Below, piece by piece: positions 50,840-64,000 of a stretch of 64,000 nt of DNA. Under the pieces are notes generated by a model. It was not told the DNA's origin. It worked only from the letters and a program-made list of their open reading frames with translations, and made no database searches. The stretch is from Daphnia carinata (lineage: Eukaryota). The stretch is from the NCBI RefSeq assembly GCF_022539665.2, contig NC_081333.1, forward strand, positions 2,666,001-2,730,000, given 5' to 3'. Positions within the stretch are counted from its first letter, which is position 1; every line of letters starts with the position of its first letter. Both the position numbers and the translations under genes were made by a program.

Positions 50840-53800
50840 TTTTTTGGTGGTATCTTCCAACTACTCGGTCACGCTGCTCCTGGTCTTGGGAGTAAAAGCG
50901 TTCTATTAACGGGAGGAAAAAAAAATACATGAACGGGGTAAGACCGGTTGCAATCGATTAGTTTTCCAATTTAAATTCCTTCGTGTGAGATTGCCAAGCT
51001 TTATTCCAATTTGGCGAACGTGGACTGATTGAGCTTTTTAATTGGTTTGTAAGTGAGTTTCCTGGGTGAGTTTTTATGCAACGCCTTAATTCAGTTTGCG
51101 AACCGGTACCGATTAAGAGTACTCGTGTTGGATGCCCTTTAGCAACAAAGGGGGGGGGGGTTTGTTAATTTTGATTGAATCGCTAGGAATCCAGCGTCTC
51201 CAGAAAAGTTGGCGGAATGGAAGATTATCGTAGCGGCTGCAGAACATCAGACAGAAAGACAACAACAACAAGAAAAGACCTGGATAATTGCGCTTGACAG
51301 CTTGGAGAATGCGTATCATTTCTATTGTATCATTTAGAACCTGAATCTATCTCTGAATTATCGTAACATGACACCAAGATAGACACATTTGGATGTTTTA
51401 GAAATATTTCGCTGTCAGGTTTCATTCATGAACAGACTGCCGCAAACCTGCCGCCACGACCTGATGTTCCATGCTGCCTGTTCCAGAGCCAAAGCCAGCA
51501 CGCTCGGATGCATTTTCAACTCAGAGTTTAATCCTTTGGCCATTTTAATAACGTGTTCGTATTAAGGACAATGACAATCGGAGAGGTGAAACTCTCACGG
51601 CGACAGATTTCATGACCATCTGCAGAAGCATGAAGATGATGGTAATCAACTAATTCTTATTCGCTCGAGAGCATCACCTGTAATCTTTTCAAACCACCGA
51701 CTGGAACTCTTCGGTGACTCTCTGCTTTATGCCGACTAATGCCAGTCTTGTTTCCCCGACTTGTTGGTATGTTGAAATGCCGTTCCCAGACTAGTTTTTA
51801 TTGAAAATACCTAAAAGGACAAAAGTGACCAAACTTGGTCAAGTCGCCAAATGAAATTCATGAAAGAAGAATAATACCGCCCTCAACTGAAAGTGTGGTT
51901 CAACTTTGAATCTCTCTTTTGCCTTGCTGGCTGCCATTTCCTATGGTGGATTTGATCAAGAAGTAACAAATGAGGTCAAATTAGGAATACAACTTTGGAA
52001 CTTGGCATCGATCATGTCTGCTTGTAGGAAAAATATGCGAGCACGGGTAACATGAGGTTTTACATTTCCCCTATTTTGCATAATAAGTTGTCTGTTTTTC
52101 ATATTTGTAATTTATTAAGGACAACAAAAAAGAGGACACTGACAAGGCACTGGGAGAATCATCTCATGTTTTCCAAAGAGTTTGGCGAAAGAAAAAAAAT
52201 TTGACAGGGACGCAAGGAAATGAATCCAGAAACGCAGGAAATTTTTTGTTGAAAAACAAATGGAATGTCTGGAAAAACAAGGGAATGTCATAAGATGTAT
52301 TACCCTTTCAAGATGTTTATCAAGTTCATAGTAGTAATAACTCAAATTTCACGCAAAACAAGTTGATGCTCAATCGTGTCAGCCCACTTCTACATGGATC
52401 AGTGTAGTCGAGCATAATTCACTGTTTTTATGCTAGTCAAGAAAGAAAAGCAGCTGTTTTCTACGTCACTACCTATAATCGTCAATCTTAACTTGGATGT
52501 CCATAGCCGACATGTGGAGGTATTGATTTATAAGTTTGAACATCGAATTCTCGTTTACGGGAAAACCTTTTTTCTTTCGTCAGTGCTTTGAACCAATACG
52601 AAAATCACGGGGCGGTATTGACATTGTCTGAACATGTTGATTCCCTACATTGTTTAAGAAACTCCCTTGGGCGAAAGACAAGGAACGCACTTTGTTTCGT
52701 CTCTTTCGGTTTCCCGTTTCGATGAATTGTCCCAAGACACGACTGCTGGAGGATGAAAAGATAGCCTTTGTTAGCACTGAGCAGCCAGACTATATATTGA
52801 CAAGGTTGAAGCTTATCCAATTATCCGTTGGTGCACTTTTCCCCAATCGTGCGACGATGGCTCCCGCGGACAGGATTTTCCGTAGACGTTAGAACGAACG
52901 AAAGAGGGGAGTACTTTTCTCGAAATAATGCAAACCATTCCCATTGATTATTGAGCAATGACTCTGTTGGCCACCAGCGTCGTTATCAATTGCAGAAACT
53001 ACCCTCCCAGTAGTGTATGAAAGAGTCGTACAATCAGGTAGATCCGGCTACCTAGACTGACCACATTCTCCATTTCTCTGCTACCATTATATCTCGTCGC
53101 CATAAAAAGGCTATTCAAATCAGTCGATGCTGGCTGCCACAAGAGACAAGGTGCATTTGTGCGAGCCAGTCAGCAGTCTATAAAGTGTACAAATTCCCAA
53201 TCACCATGTACAGGGCCAGATATCTAAACCAAGGCCAAGGTAAAAGTCGGCGATGGCAAAACCATAGACACTGAATTCGGGGACAGAGAGAAACGAGAGA
53301 GGCCAACTTAAAAAAGAAGAATGATATAATGCCAACAATCTTTGAGGAATATTTCTACTCCAAAGCCGAAAGGTTGCATCCAGTCGCTCCATGTGTGCCT
53401 ATATTGTGCTGACGCGACATTATTTGGTTGAGAATCAAAGGAAATGTTTGTTCTCGTTGCACAGAAACAAACAACGTTTTGAAAAGAGATGGGGAAAAAG
53501 AAAATTCCATGTTCATTCAAGTCCTAGTGGCCCGTCATTGACAGGTGACTTAGGAAACAATAGACTTTCTGTGTGAGAAAGTAATAATCAATTTAAAAGG
53601 CAGTGCCTATTTAAAAAAACAAACAAAACTATATTATGTAATGATGCAGCAGCCTTTGTTGCCGGACTTGTATTTGATCAACTCATCAGAATCGACTCAA
53701 CATTCCTTTACAGCTTGTTTTACCTGTTTCTCGAGGCTTGTCAACGATTTTATCACGACATGTTTCCCAACCTAAGCACATCCCACCACATTATTACTAT

Positions 53801-56800
53801 CAGTTAGCAAGAAAGTGCGAATGATTATCACGTGAGCTGGCATTTGGCTTGATCCTAAAATCCCGAGTGACGTATAGATTAATAAATAAAGATGGTGGAC
53901 CGAGGATTGTTCGTGTCAAGTTTTTCGTTTTTCTAAATGAACAAACAATACATTGTAAGATTTAAAAAAAAACTGAAACTAAAAACAGAAATTTGTGTAA
54001 AGAAAACCAAACATAACTGAGCCGAAAATGCGTATTATTGCGTCACAATAAGGACTCAAATGCATTTCGTGTGTCTACAAGGATTGATTTCAAGTGAGGA
54101 CTGTTTATCTATTTGATTAAAATAGGGACGAAAAACTATGGCTGGGATGCTTGAAATAAATGTAATTCAAATATGCTTTGAGCAAACGGGAAAAGAAAAA
54201 CAATTCCGCCAATGTGTTTCAAAATGCACAAAAGAATTAAAGAAAAAAAAAATACCTGTCGCAAACAGGGTGTAACCGTACGGGAGTGCTATGGCAGGAA
54301 GGATGTACGGCTGCAGCGTCAAACAAAAAAATCTGTTGATATCAGAAGGTAAGGACAGATTACTATTTCTTTTTTTTTTTTTTTTGTTCAGTTTTAAAGT
54401 GTGAGCAAGTCCATCAGGCATTGCATATAAACTGGTGTAGTGTACAATGGAACAGCGTAGTGTGGAATCCTCGCAATTCGAGAGGATCATTTTGGAGACA
54501 TTTATATTTTGTGTCCAAATTTCATTCCCCCAAGGCAGAATAACTTATGGACCAAATTTCTGGAATATTTTTGTTTTCGCTTGCACTTTGGGCTCTGATC
54601 TATGATGCAAGAAGTTCCACGTTCAAATTGGAGAATGGCTCCGGGCGGTAGGAAGATCAAGTTCTACAAGTCCGAAAGAGCTATTACTTGCCACAGATAG
54701 CACTGGAATCCATTGTACAATAAAATACCGGCATAACGACAAACTTATCTGCAAAGAAAATTTGGAAAATGGAATTTGTGACAGAGGATAAAAAGGGATA
54801 AGGCGAAAAAAAACAAAACAAAAAAAACAAAACAAAAAAACAAAAAAATGAACCTATGTAGCGACGAAGATATGAATCAAGGTTGCAACCCCGGATTGTG
54901 TGGGCTTCGACACGGTCTCTCTCAACTCTGATATTTCTTTTCTTTTTGATTGGTATGAGACACTGCAATAGGTACAATGTTTACATTTTTTTATAGGTGG
55001 CGTAAGAGAGGATGGTTAGTGTGATTAAAAAAATTAATTCAATTACGGGCGCCGCGAATGGAATTGCAATTTTGCTGATGGTTGCAACAATTTCTCGTTG
55101 GCCGTTAGATGGTAGCTCTTTCCGTCAGTTTTTTTTTTTTAGGTTACAGAATCGTTTTGTTTTATGTTCTGTTAAATGAAACTGAACGCAATTATGAAGA
55201 GTCTCAAGTTTATTTTTACATACCTCAACAACAGCAAGCTGTTTCTTTTCGTTCTTCTGACGAGACGAGAAAAGATTCAGCCACAAGATGGCGTTGAATT
55301 GTTTAGAATTCAGACACGTGTTGATTCTTGCCAGATATTCGTCTGCTCTCATGTAGGATGTAGGAGAGAATCAGTTTCCAACACAATTTCTGCCGCGGAC
55401 TATCACTTTGACCTCTTACGTTTTTAGCTCGAATAAAAATGAAGTCTGTACATAACGAATCCTGTCTGCGTGCGAACTGTTGAGAATTTCACGAATGTGA
55501 CGGGGGCGACGGATGGGGTGGCCGAAGGGAATCGAAAGGCGTCATTCGAGTTTACACCGGACTGAAAAGACCCCACTTTGATGTGCAGTGAGAGGAGAGA
55601 GAGAGAGAGAGAGAGAGAGGGGAGGAGCAATGGGTACGGGAGGGGAGGGCAGGCAAACGAAGGGGGGGTCTCTGAAAAGTCCTAGCCCCCTTCCTTTTTT
55701 CCTCCATGGCTCCATTCAATCCCAACTCTGCGACCCAGTCAGATCTCGAAATCTTTCGCTCTCCTTCGTCTCTCTATCTGCTTCTCACATTCGGCTCTCG
55801 AACATAAAAAAATTGCAACTCATTAAAATCCAAGTGTCCTTTTTTTCCTTTTGATGTGTGTGCCATTCTGTGCCGTCTTGTCGTTACGAAACAATTGAAA
55901 GCACGTTGTTCTGGACAAAAACGAACATTTTTTTTTTGCTTCCATCACCAGATGCACATCGTTCTGAATCCAAAAAAACAAAAGACAATCTGTTTACCAC
56001 ATTTCCAAGTGTGAAGAGATTCAAGTGGACGCGAAGGATCAAGGACGAACATTCGCCATTTTGTCACAGTCGCGTGGTGCCTGCCTCACTGGACTGCCGA
56101 TCACTTTGGATGGTACGTTTCTTTCTTTTTCTTTTGTGTCTGTGCCATGGCTAATGGAATTTAAATGACCCTCATGTCCCTTTTTTTTTTTCAATTTTGA
56201 TGGCCATATTGATTGTTTACTTTTGTTTCGTGGCAACAGCCATGACTGTCCCTTATTATGCTCTCTTTACATAACACGTATACGGGAAAAACATGCAGTG
56301 CCAGACACACACACACACACGTGGAAATGGCCAACGAGTAGAAGCAAAATTGCCGACTAGTACAAGATTTCCTTGTGTGTGTGTGAATCGCTGCTCCAAT
56401 GACTTTTCTCGTGTGTGTGTGTGTGTGTGTCTAGACGCAACGCGACACTTAACTTCTGCGTTCCCTTCGATACATTAGATTTGATTGAATTTCGTCTTGG
56501 AAGCAAGGGTGTTGTATATGTGTGGGAAGCGAAATAGGATAAAAGAGAGGGTCCTGTCACCGAGAGAACCGTGTGAAACCCATCCCGGGGATCTCCCTTT
56601 GTGTATTTGCGACGAGGCTATCTTTTTTCTTTCAACCCCCCCCCCCCGCACACAAAAATAAAAGGAAAGATCCTGACCTTCCCTTCCATTATCTTTACTG
56701 AGCCTATTTCTTTGACAGAAAAAATTGTTTTTCTTAAAAAAAAAAAAAACGATTTCTTTACTTGAATGGGAAATTCTTTTTTTTTGCTTGCCAGGGCAAT

Positions 56801-59561
56801 CAACAAACACAAAGTTAGGTCCATTTTCAAAAGGCTTTTTGGGGGTTCCAATTTCCTGACTGAGGTTTCCTTAACCCAACCACGATGTCGATTACATCAT
56901 CGTAACAACAAGAACAGTTCTTGTTGTCAGGGCATTTTTTTTTTTTAAACGCGATTTGTTTTCGTGTTTATTTAAATTCATTTGTCTTCTTTGTTCAAAA
57001 TGATTTGCGTTGATCGACTGCATTTACTGAATTGGTTTAAGTTTTGACGTTAGTACGCGATCCTTCCGGCAGGAGATTTCTATTTCAAACGTTCACTAAT
57101 GTGTTCAGTACGATCTTTGGTTTTCTTTAACACGAATGTATTTGATTAGAATTAAAAATCGCAGTGTTTTGTTAATATCAATTGATGTCGTCATGTCAGC
57201 GTATCATGACGTCGACTTCTCATGATCCGATCACGTGCCGATTCGTGATACGTCCATTTCCACTATCGCTTTCAACAAAAATGTAAAGTTAATTCGTCTA
57301 AAACTTAACACTGACATTAAGTTTTATGTAGGTCGAATTAGCGGCCCCATTTTGGTATGTAGGGAATGTCAAAAAACGAGAAGAGAGCGAGTTTATCCCT
57401 TGTTCGTGAGTTGCCTAAAATGGCGGACTCTCAGTGTAGCGGCCATTTTCTTTTTTTTTTCTTCTTTTTGTGTGTGACGTGTGAGCCAGTTTTTTTTTTA
57501 TTCCATGGGAGCTTTAGACGTCATCACGGGCCGATTATTATACACACGACGTTTTCTATCGCTGGTTGTCTCGCGTGTGGATCTCGATTCGTACATGTTT
57601 GACTTGATTTTTTAAATGAATTTTTCATTCGCTTTTTTTTGGGAGTCTCTCGGCATTGATCAATTATTGTTGTTATCTCGATGAATTTCTGTTTGCTATT
57701 GAGGCATTTTTGAACGGCTCGTTCACATACAAAAAAAAGGGGGAATTTCCATTAAATTTTTTTTTTTTTTGTCCTTCCTCGATTATCAAGATGACCACAT
57801 GAATTTTCAATCGATTCTTTTTTCTACCTGAATCCGATCAAACAAAAATTGGATGTAAAATGAAATATTGTCACATTTTCTTTTTAAAAACACAAGTGGG
57901 CATGCCTGTTGCCATGGGCTCTCTCCTTTTTCTTTGGGTAGTTTAAATAGTCAAAATAAAACAAAATTAGATTCACCGAGGGGTCGGTGTGTATGTGTCA
58001 GTTCCCCTATTTTTGTGTGTCCATGTGGCGGCGCCCTGTTTTGTCTGGCCTCTCACATAATATTTTTTTTTTTTTTTTTTTCTTCCTTTCTCTCCCGTCT
58101 GTTTGATTTCTCTCTCTTACTATCCATGAGTTTTTATCAGCGTGTTATGAGAGTTTGTGTAAATTTTTCATCTGACGCAAACGCCACACGCTACCCGCGT
58201 GTTTCGGGTTTAGATTTTCTTCTTTAAAAAGAGGTTGTCCATTTTTGCATTTTTTTTTTTTTTTTTTTTTTTGCCTGCTGGGCGGGTTGAAAATAAATGT
58301 CACGCACAACGTGTGCTGGCTTTGGATGGCCGTTTTCCACGAATAAATGAGCGTAACACCCCAAGTAGGTGCATTGATAATCAACAGTGATATCGAAACG
58401 ATCTTGACAGATTGAAAGACAATGTTTTTTTTTTTTCTCTATTCTTTTTTTTTTTTTAATGTCTCAGCGATTAAAAATGGACTTCGTTGTCCATGTTTCA
58501 CGTGGGCTGAGGAATGTGTTTTTTTTTCAGGTTATTTGTCTCGAAAACTTTTTTTTTCTTTTATGCTGACAATATTTTATGAAACTAAAAAAAGATAAAA
58601 ACAAAGAGAAAGGTTGTAAAAAGCAAAAAAAAAAAGGTAAAAACTCTTGTTTCCATTGATATTTGTGTATGTATATAGAGTTGACCTGATGTGTGTGTGT
58701 ATGTGGACTTGTCGGGCAGATGTTTGACCGGATAAGATGACTGGACAAAGTCTTTTTCTTTTCCTTCTTTCTTTCATCCTCACCTTTTTTTTTTTTTCTT
58801 CTCCCCCTATTTCTAAAAGGGAGAACGTCTAGCGCTATCTTTTTTTCTTTTTCCCTCCGCACTCACCGGAATGCTCCGTGAAAAAAAAAAAAATAAGATG
58901 CGAGATACAGTAGATATGACCCCCCCCCTCTATGTCCTTATAGCCCTGTTTACTAACACTCCGCTTCCGGGGGTGTTGGTTGAAGCTTTGTGGGGTTCGT
59001 ACACTCTCACAAATGTTTCCATTTCTTATCCCCTCTCCATCATCCATTCATTCATACATCTCTCTGCAAGGAGTTGGAGAGGGGTGGAAAGAAGAAAAGC
59101 AGTTGGAACCAGAAGCAAACAACAGCTGCTTTTAGCTGAGAGTGGATCCGATCAGTAGTTTTTTTTTTTCTTCTTTTGGAACAATAAAAATAAAAAAGAT
59201 CCTTAAAAAAAATTGGGGGGAACATCGCAAGTCCGGACGCTTTAGAAAAAAAAAAAAGGAGGGATGTAAAAGAAACGAGCTTTGTATGTTTGTTCAGTGA
59301 TGGAACACAAGAATCCTGCATGCGGAAGTTGATGTCTATTCAATGATGAATTAACGATTTATTTATTTATTTTTTAATGTTGTTGTTGTTTTTAGGTGAT
59401 GGCGAGACGGACTGGCTGATGGCCGTAATGATCTCTTGGTAGTTGTCGGTGTAGGAGGCGACCTCAAGGAGTTGGTAGTGTCGTGTTTTGGAAACTGAAA
59501 AAAAAAACTAAGGCAGTTGGAGCTTCCTTAATTTTCTTGAGCCCAAGAGAAACACAGCGCC

Positions 59562-62500
59562 ATGCCGAGCACAGCAGGATCGATGGCGTACAAGCCGTCG
59601 TCGAGGCCGATGGGAGTCGTCGGTGTAGGAGGCGTAGGAGAGCAACAGCAGAGGCGAGCAATGGGCGATTCCAGTCACTACGAAGAAATTGCTCTCATCG
59701 GCAATGGTATGCTTTTTTTTTTTTTTTTTTGTTTTGTTCCATTTTTTAAAACTCTCCAACAAAAACAAAATGGCGGGGGTAGTAAACCATTATATCAATT
59801 CTCTTGTCGTCAAGCGCAGGTCTTATCAACACGTTTTCTCTGTCCCGGGGTCTATTCTTTTTCACGAAAACCCCCCCCCCCCAAAAAAATTGGACGTTAA
59901 CAAATTGACGTTCAAACACATTCCCGACATTCACGCTCGCACATGTTGCCCTTTCTCAACGATAATAGACATAGTTTATATACCTGGAACAGATAGCGAG
60001 AGCGAAGTTGGGGATGCTTTTTTGTTTTTTTTTATCAAACAGGAAAAATGCGGATATTAGGGAGTTGCATTGCAATCTTTTGAAAGCCTACTCGTTCCAA
60101 AACGAAAATTTCATGACACCACAGAGAGGTTGTGCAACCGTTTTCTTCTTTAACCTCTCCCCCCCCCCCAGCTTTGTAGTTTCACCGTTATGGAAGATGT
60201 AATAGGGTTTCACTAGGTCTATCACTTGCTATAAATAGATATGTATATATAGATAGAAAAGAAAAGAGGGTTAGTGAACGGGGGGGGGTTTAACGTAAGC
60301 TGTTCTATGTAATAAAGAATTCTACGTAAGAGGGGGCCGTGTACAGATTTTTTTTTTGCATTCTTCTTTCATCGAATTGAATATTTAGGGCGTTTTTTTC
60401 TTCTTTTTTTTTACTTTGGGTGTTGGGTTTACGTTGGACATGGGAGGGGGATATAAAAGTAGGAATGTATTTTCTTCTTACCTGAACCATTTCCTTTTTT
60501 TTTTTTTTACCTGGTAATGTTGCCACACCGATTCCCTACCGTTTCATCAGTTTTAATGAAACGTCATTAAATAAGACTTGTTTTTTTTTAATTTTTGGTT
60601 AAAAAAATTATCATTTTTTTTTGCATCTAAAGTGATGCAGGTAGAACAGACGATCGATTGCCAAAATGTTAATTTTTTTTTTTTTACCCGACCAATCATC
60701 GACTAGCCAATTCCTTGATTTTTTTTTTTTTTTTGGCCTTAGTCATTGCTCTAGGAGACTCTCGGTTGGGTGAAGAGTGTAGGCAAAGAAAAGTTGGGCG
60801 GAATTCCACAGTACCCCCCCCCCCTCTCTATGTGGGGATTCAACAACAACCCCCCGAGTTTTTTTTTTTTTCTTTTTTCTTTCTCCCCTCATCTTTTTAA
60901 AGGAAAAAAAAAAGATCCATCTTCTGTGGAGAAAAAAAAAAAAGGTTCTTTGCCCTCGATATTCCCCTCCGTTTGAAGTTTGGGGGGGGGGCTGCATCAT
61001 TGGAACATTATTCTGCAGAAACGAGAGAGAGAAAAATCAAAGAATGTTAAGAAAGAAAAGCTTTTCTCTTTGATGTTAAAGAGGTCAAAGAGAGAAAACA
61101 TCAATGTTTGACGTAGCGGATCATCAAATATGGCCGGATCATTGTGTGATCGATTGCGCAATCTAATAGGGTCTAATACCCTATTTAAATAATAGTAGGA
61201 TAAAAAAAAAAAATTAAGAAATAATTGAGATTGAATTTTAAATTCCGGCACGCGAAACTATTTATTTTGTTCCGGTTGGGCCGGAATTTTTGTGGAAGGA
61301 CAAAAGAATTTGCATCGGTTGCATCACTTTGGTATTTTTGTTTTAATCAAGAATTTATTTGATTTTATTTTTCGGAAAATTCCAATTCCACCGAGTTCCG
61401 ATTTCGTTTTCTTAAAAAAAAAAAAATGTTTTTTTTTTTCCTTTACTTGTGTGGAAAGAAAGGATGTCAGCTGTTTCCGGTTCAACAAGTTTGAGTTTTA
61501 TTTATACTTCCCCATTCACAGCACACACACACCCCCCCTTCCCTCCCATCTCATTGCTTAGAAAACAACTCCTCCGTGAGTTCGAATTTTTTTCTTGTTG
61601 TTTGAATGGACCCCGGCTAACCCCCCAGCGCATGTCCCTTCGTTGTACAACACCTGGAGTATTTATATAATAACTACATCCACCACCCCGACGTAAGAGA
61701 GAGAGAGAGTTCTAAAGTATATAGACACAGTACGCATCTGGCCCCCCCCCCCCATGTTAGAGATGTGTCAACCGTCGCTCTAGCCCCAGTGCGTGAGCAC
61801 TGCCTCATTGTTGTGTTAATTTAAAAGAAAGAAAAAAAAAAAGGGAGGAACAAAGTTAAAGAGAAAAAAAAAAACTTTTTTTTTTTTTTTCGGGAAAGGA
61901 CATGAAAAAACATCTGCTACCTCGTTATTACCCAACTGTTGGCCTTTGTCTATCTCTCTCTCCTTTTTGAAAAAAGAAGAGGGATTCGCACCTGCCTGTC
62001 GGAATTTTCTCGCATCTTTTTTTTTTTTTTTTTTTTTTTTCGTTTTGGCCTCGTCGCCGAAAGGCGACCCTCATACGATAAGAAAGTTTTATTTTTCTTC
62101 TTCTTTTTTTTTTTTTCTTCATTTGATAGATAGGAAAGAGGGGGGAAAAAAAACGACAATAGAGACCCGTGTTATCAAACGACGTTGTTTTTTGTTTTTT
62201 TCTTTCCTGTTTCTGCGAAATGATTCCGAACTTAAAATTCCATTCCCGAATTTCTAGAGTTAAAAAACCACAATTCCCCCTTGTTTTTTTAAAATGAATT
62301 GTCTTCAGATGAGAGGGGGGGGGATCATTCACACCGCGGACCGATTTAAAAGTCTATCCCGAAGGGCGTTCAGATCAAGTCTCTGTTTGGATGGGGCAAG
62401 TCAAAAGAGCCAAGAAAGAAAATAAAAAAAAAAAAAAAAAAAACCTGTTTAATGCTCTAAATAACACACACACACACACACACACACAAAAGAAGGGGAG

Positions 62501-63077
62501 GGGGATTTTGGAAAACAATTTCGTTCAGAAAAATTCTACATTATCGAACGTCCTGCAGGTTTGCAAACTGATGAAGTTCAGGGGAAATTCTAATGGAATG
62601 TTTGGCAGAATGTCCAAAAAAAACACACATACATATTTTTTTTAAATTTAAAAGGATGCTGGTAGTTAGTTATAGATTGGAAACGAAAGAACCCCTTTGG
62701 CGTCCAATGATATATATTACATGCCCCTCTTTTTTTTGTTTTTTTTTTTTTTTATAACCCGTTCCAGTAGTCACGAAGTCATTCCAAAAGTCGCAGCTAT
62801 TTGCATTTGCATAACATGTCCAAGTATCCGTGACCGGTGCCCCTCTATTTATTTTATTTTTTTTCTTGGAACATTTTGATGAGTTTCTTTTTCATGTGCA
62901 TGTCATAGGAGCCTACGGAACGGTGTACAAGGCGCGCGATACGGCCAATGAGGGTCAAATGGTGGCGCTCAAGAAGGTGCGGGTGCCGCTGACGGAAGAG
63001 GGCGTGCCCATGTCCACGCTCCGAGAGATTTCCCTACTGAAGCAGATGGAGAAATACGAACACCCCAACATCGTCCG
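59562..63077 (+). CDS. Cdk4: Cyclin-dependent kinase 4/6, first two coding exons (gene continues beyond the window)
   Basis: Exons 59562-59706 and 62909-63077 give [61 protein letters not shown] is a CDK4/6-type cyclin-binding helix. Confidence 0.9.
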
Positions 63078-63470
63078 GTAAGTTCCTTCATCTTCATCTT
63101 CTTCTTTTTCTTTAAAAATCGGTTACGCAATTTATGTTGCGCTATGATTCAGCCGACGCGCATTTTGACGGCTCAATTTTTTTTTTTAGGGGGGGGGGGG
63201 AGGGCGGATAGTTTAAAAAGCGACAATCGGTAAAAAAAAAAAAAAAGTTCACAATAGAAATTCTAGAAATGCTTCGGTGCGGATCGAAAGGTGGTGGGTC
63301 TGATCCCCCAGCAAGTCAGCGGGATAAAGAAAAAAAAAAAAAAAATTCGTAGTGTTCCAAATTCCTGATGCAAACTCAATTGTTTGTTTTGTTCCAGTCC
63401 TCGTCACGCTGAAAACAATAAGGAACGCCATTTCCAAATTTTTTTTTTTTTTTTTTATTATTGCGGGAGT

Positions 63471-63501
<31 letters not shown>

Positions 63502-64000
63502 TGATTACGTCGGGCTTTGCTCTGCTGAGTTTCAATAGCAATCGGGGTGGTTTTAAACATTTTCAAAGATGCTCTCCCGGCTAAGGTAACACTCGAAACA
63601 ATCTGTTTTTTTTTTTTTTTTTTTTTTATTCTTAAACGAAACAAATAAAACAATATGCGCTGGACCTGAACTTACGACTTTGGTCGGTTCATTTTGAAAA
63701 AAAAAAAAAAAAAAAAAGAATGTTGTCTTCTGTTAGTTTGATGATTACCTTTGCGATGGAGCAAGATGATTACGGTGCCATCGGTTTAAACGGGAAAACA
63801 AACTTTTATTATTATTTATTTATTATTATTTTATTTTATTTTTTTTTTTTTGGGTAGAAACTAAACAATTGCCAAAGGAATTTCGTTCTCTTTTTTTTTT
63901 TTCGAGACAAAAAAGGGGATGAGGACAATGAATGACATTCTCTGTGTATGTGACGTCACGTCTCTTTTTTTATGTCAGAGACCTCTCTGCGAGTTGCAGA

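Overview
Eukaryotic, intron-rich genomic DNA. Short (about 55-90 nt) GT-AG introns, the gene content and the long poly-A/T runs suggest a branchiopod crustacean such as Daphnia; this is inference, not a database match. From left to right the window holds: (1) an ADAMTS-like-5-type gene (+); (2) a tandem segmental duplication (about 12759-22390 and 22390-35430) in which each unit carries a Star/FkbM-type (Methyltransf_21) membrane methyltransferase gene plus three related short secreted collagen genes (A, B, C). The four inner copies are dead, and a foldback-like element, including a ~1.9-kb palindrome, sits at both truncation points; (3) a third FkbM/Star paralog; (4) two tRNA-Gly(GCC) genes that each carry a different canonical-position intron, plus tRNA-Lys(CTT); (5) an R&R cuticular protein gene, MED29, a 77-aa single-TM protein gene, COG6 and cytoplasmic MetRS. 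The one long MetRS intron contains a cluster of nuclear-receptor motifs and an antisense TATA/Inr; (6) the 5' part of a CDK4/6 gene. The most notable items are the intron-containing tRNA-Gly pair, the methyltransferase + Thr-rich collagen cassette, the nested palindrome and the candidate nested transcription unit in MetRS.
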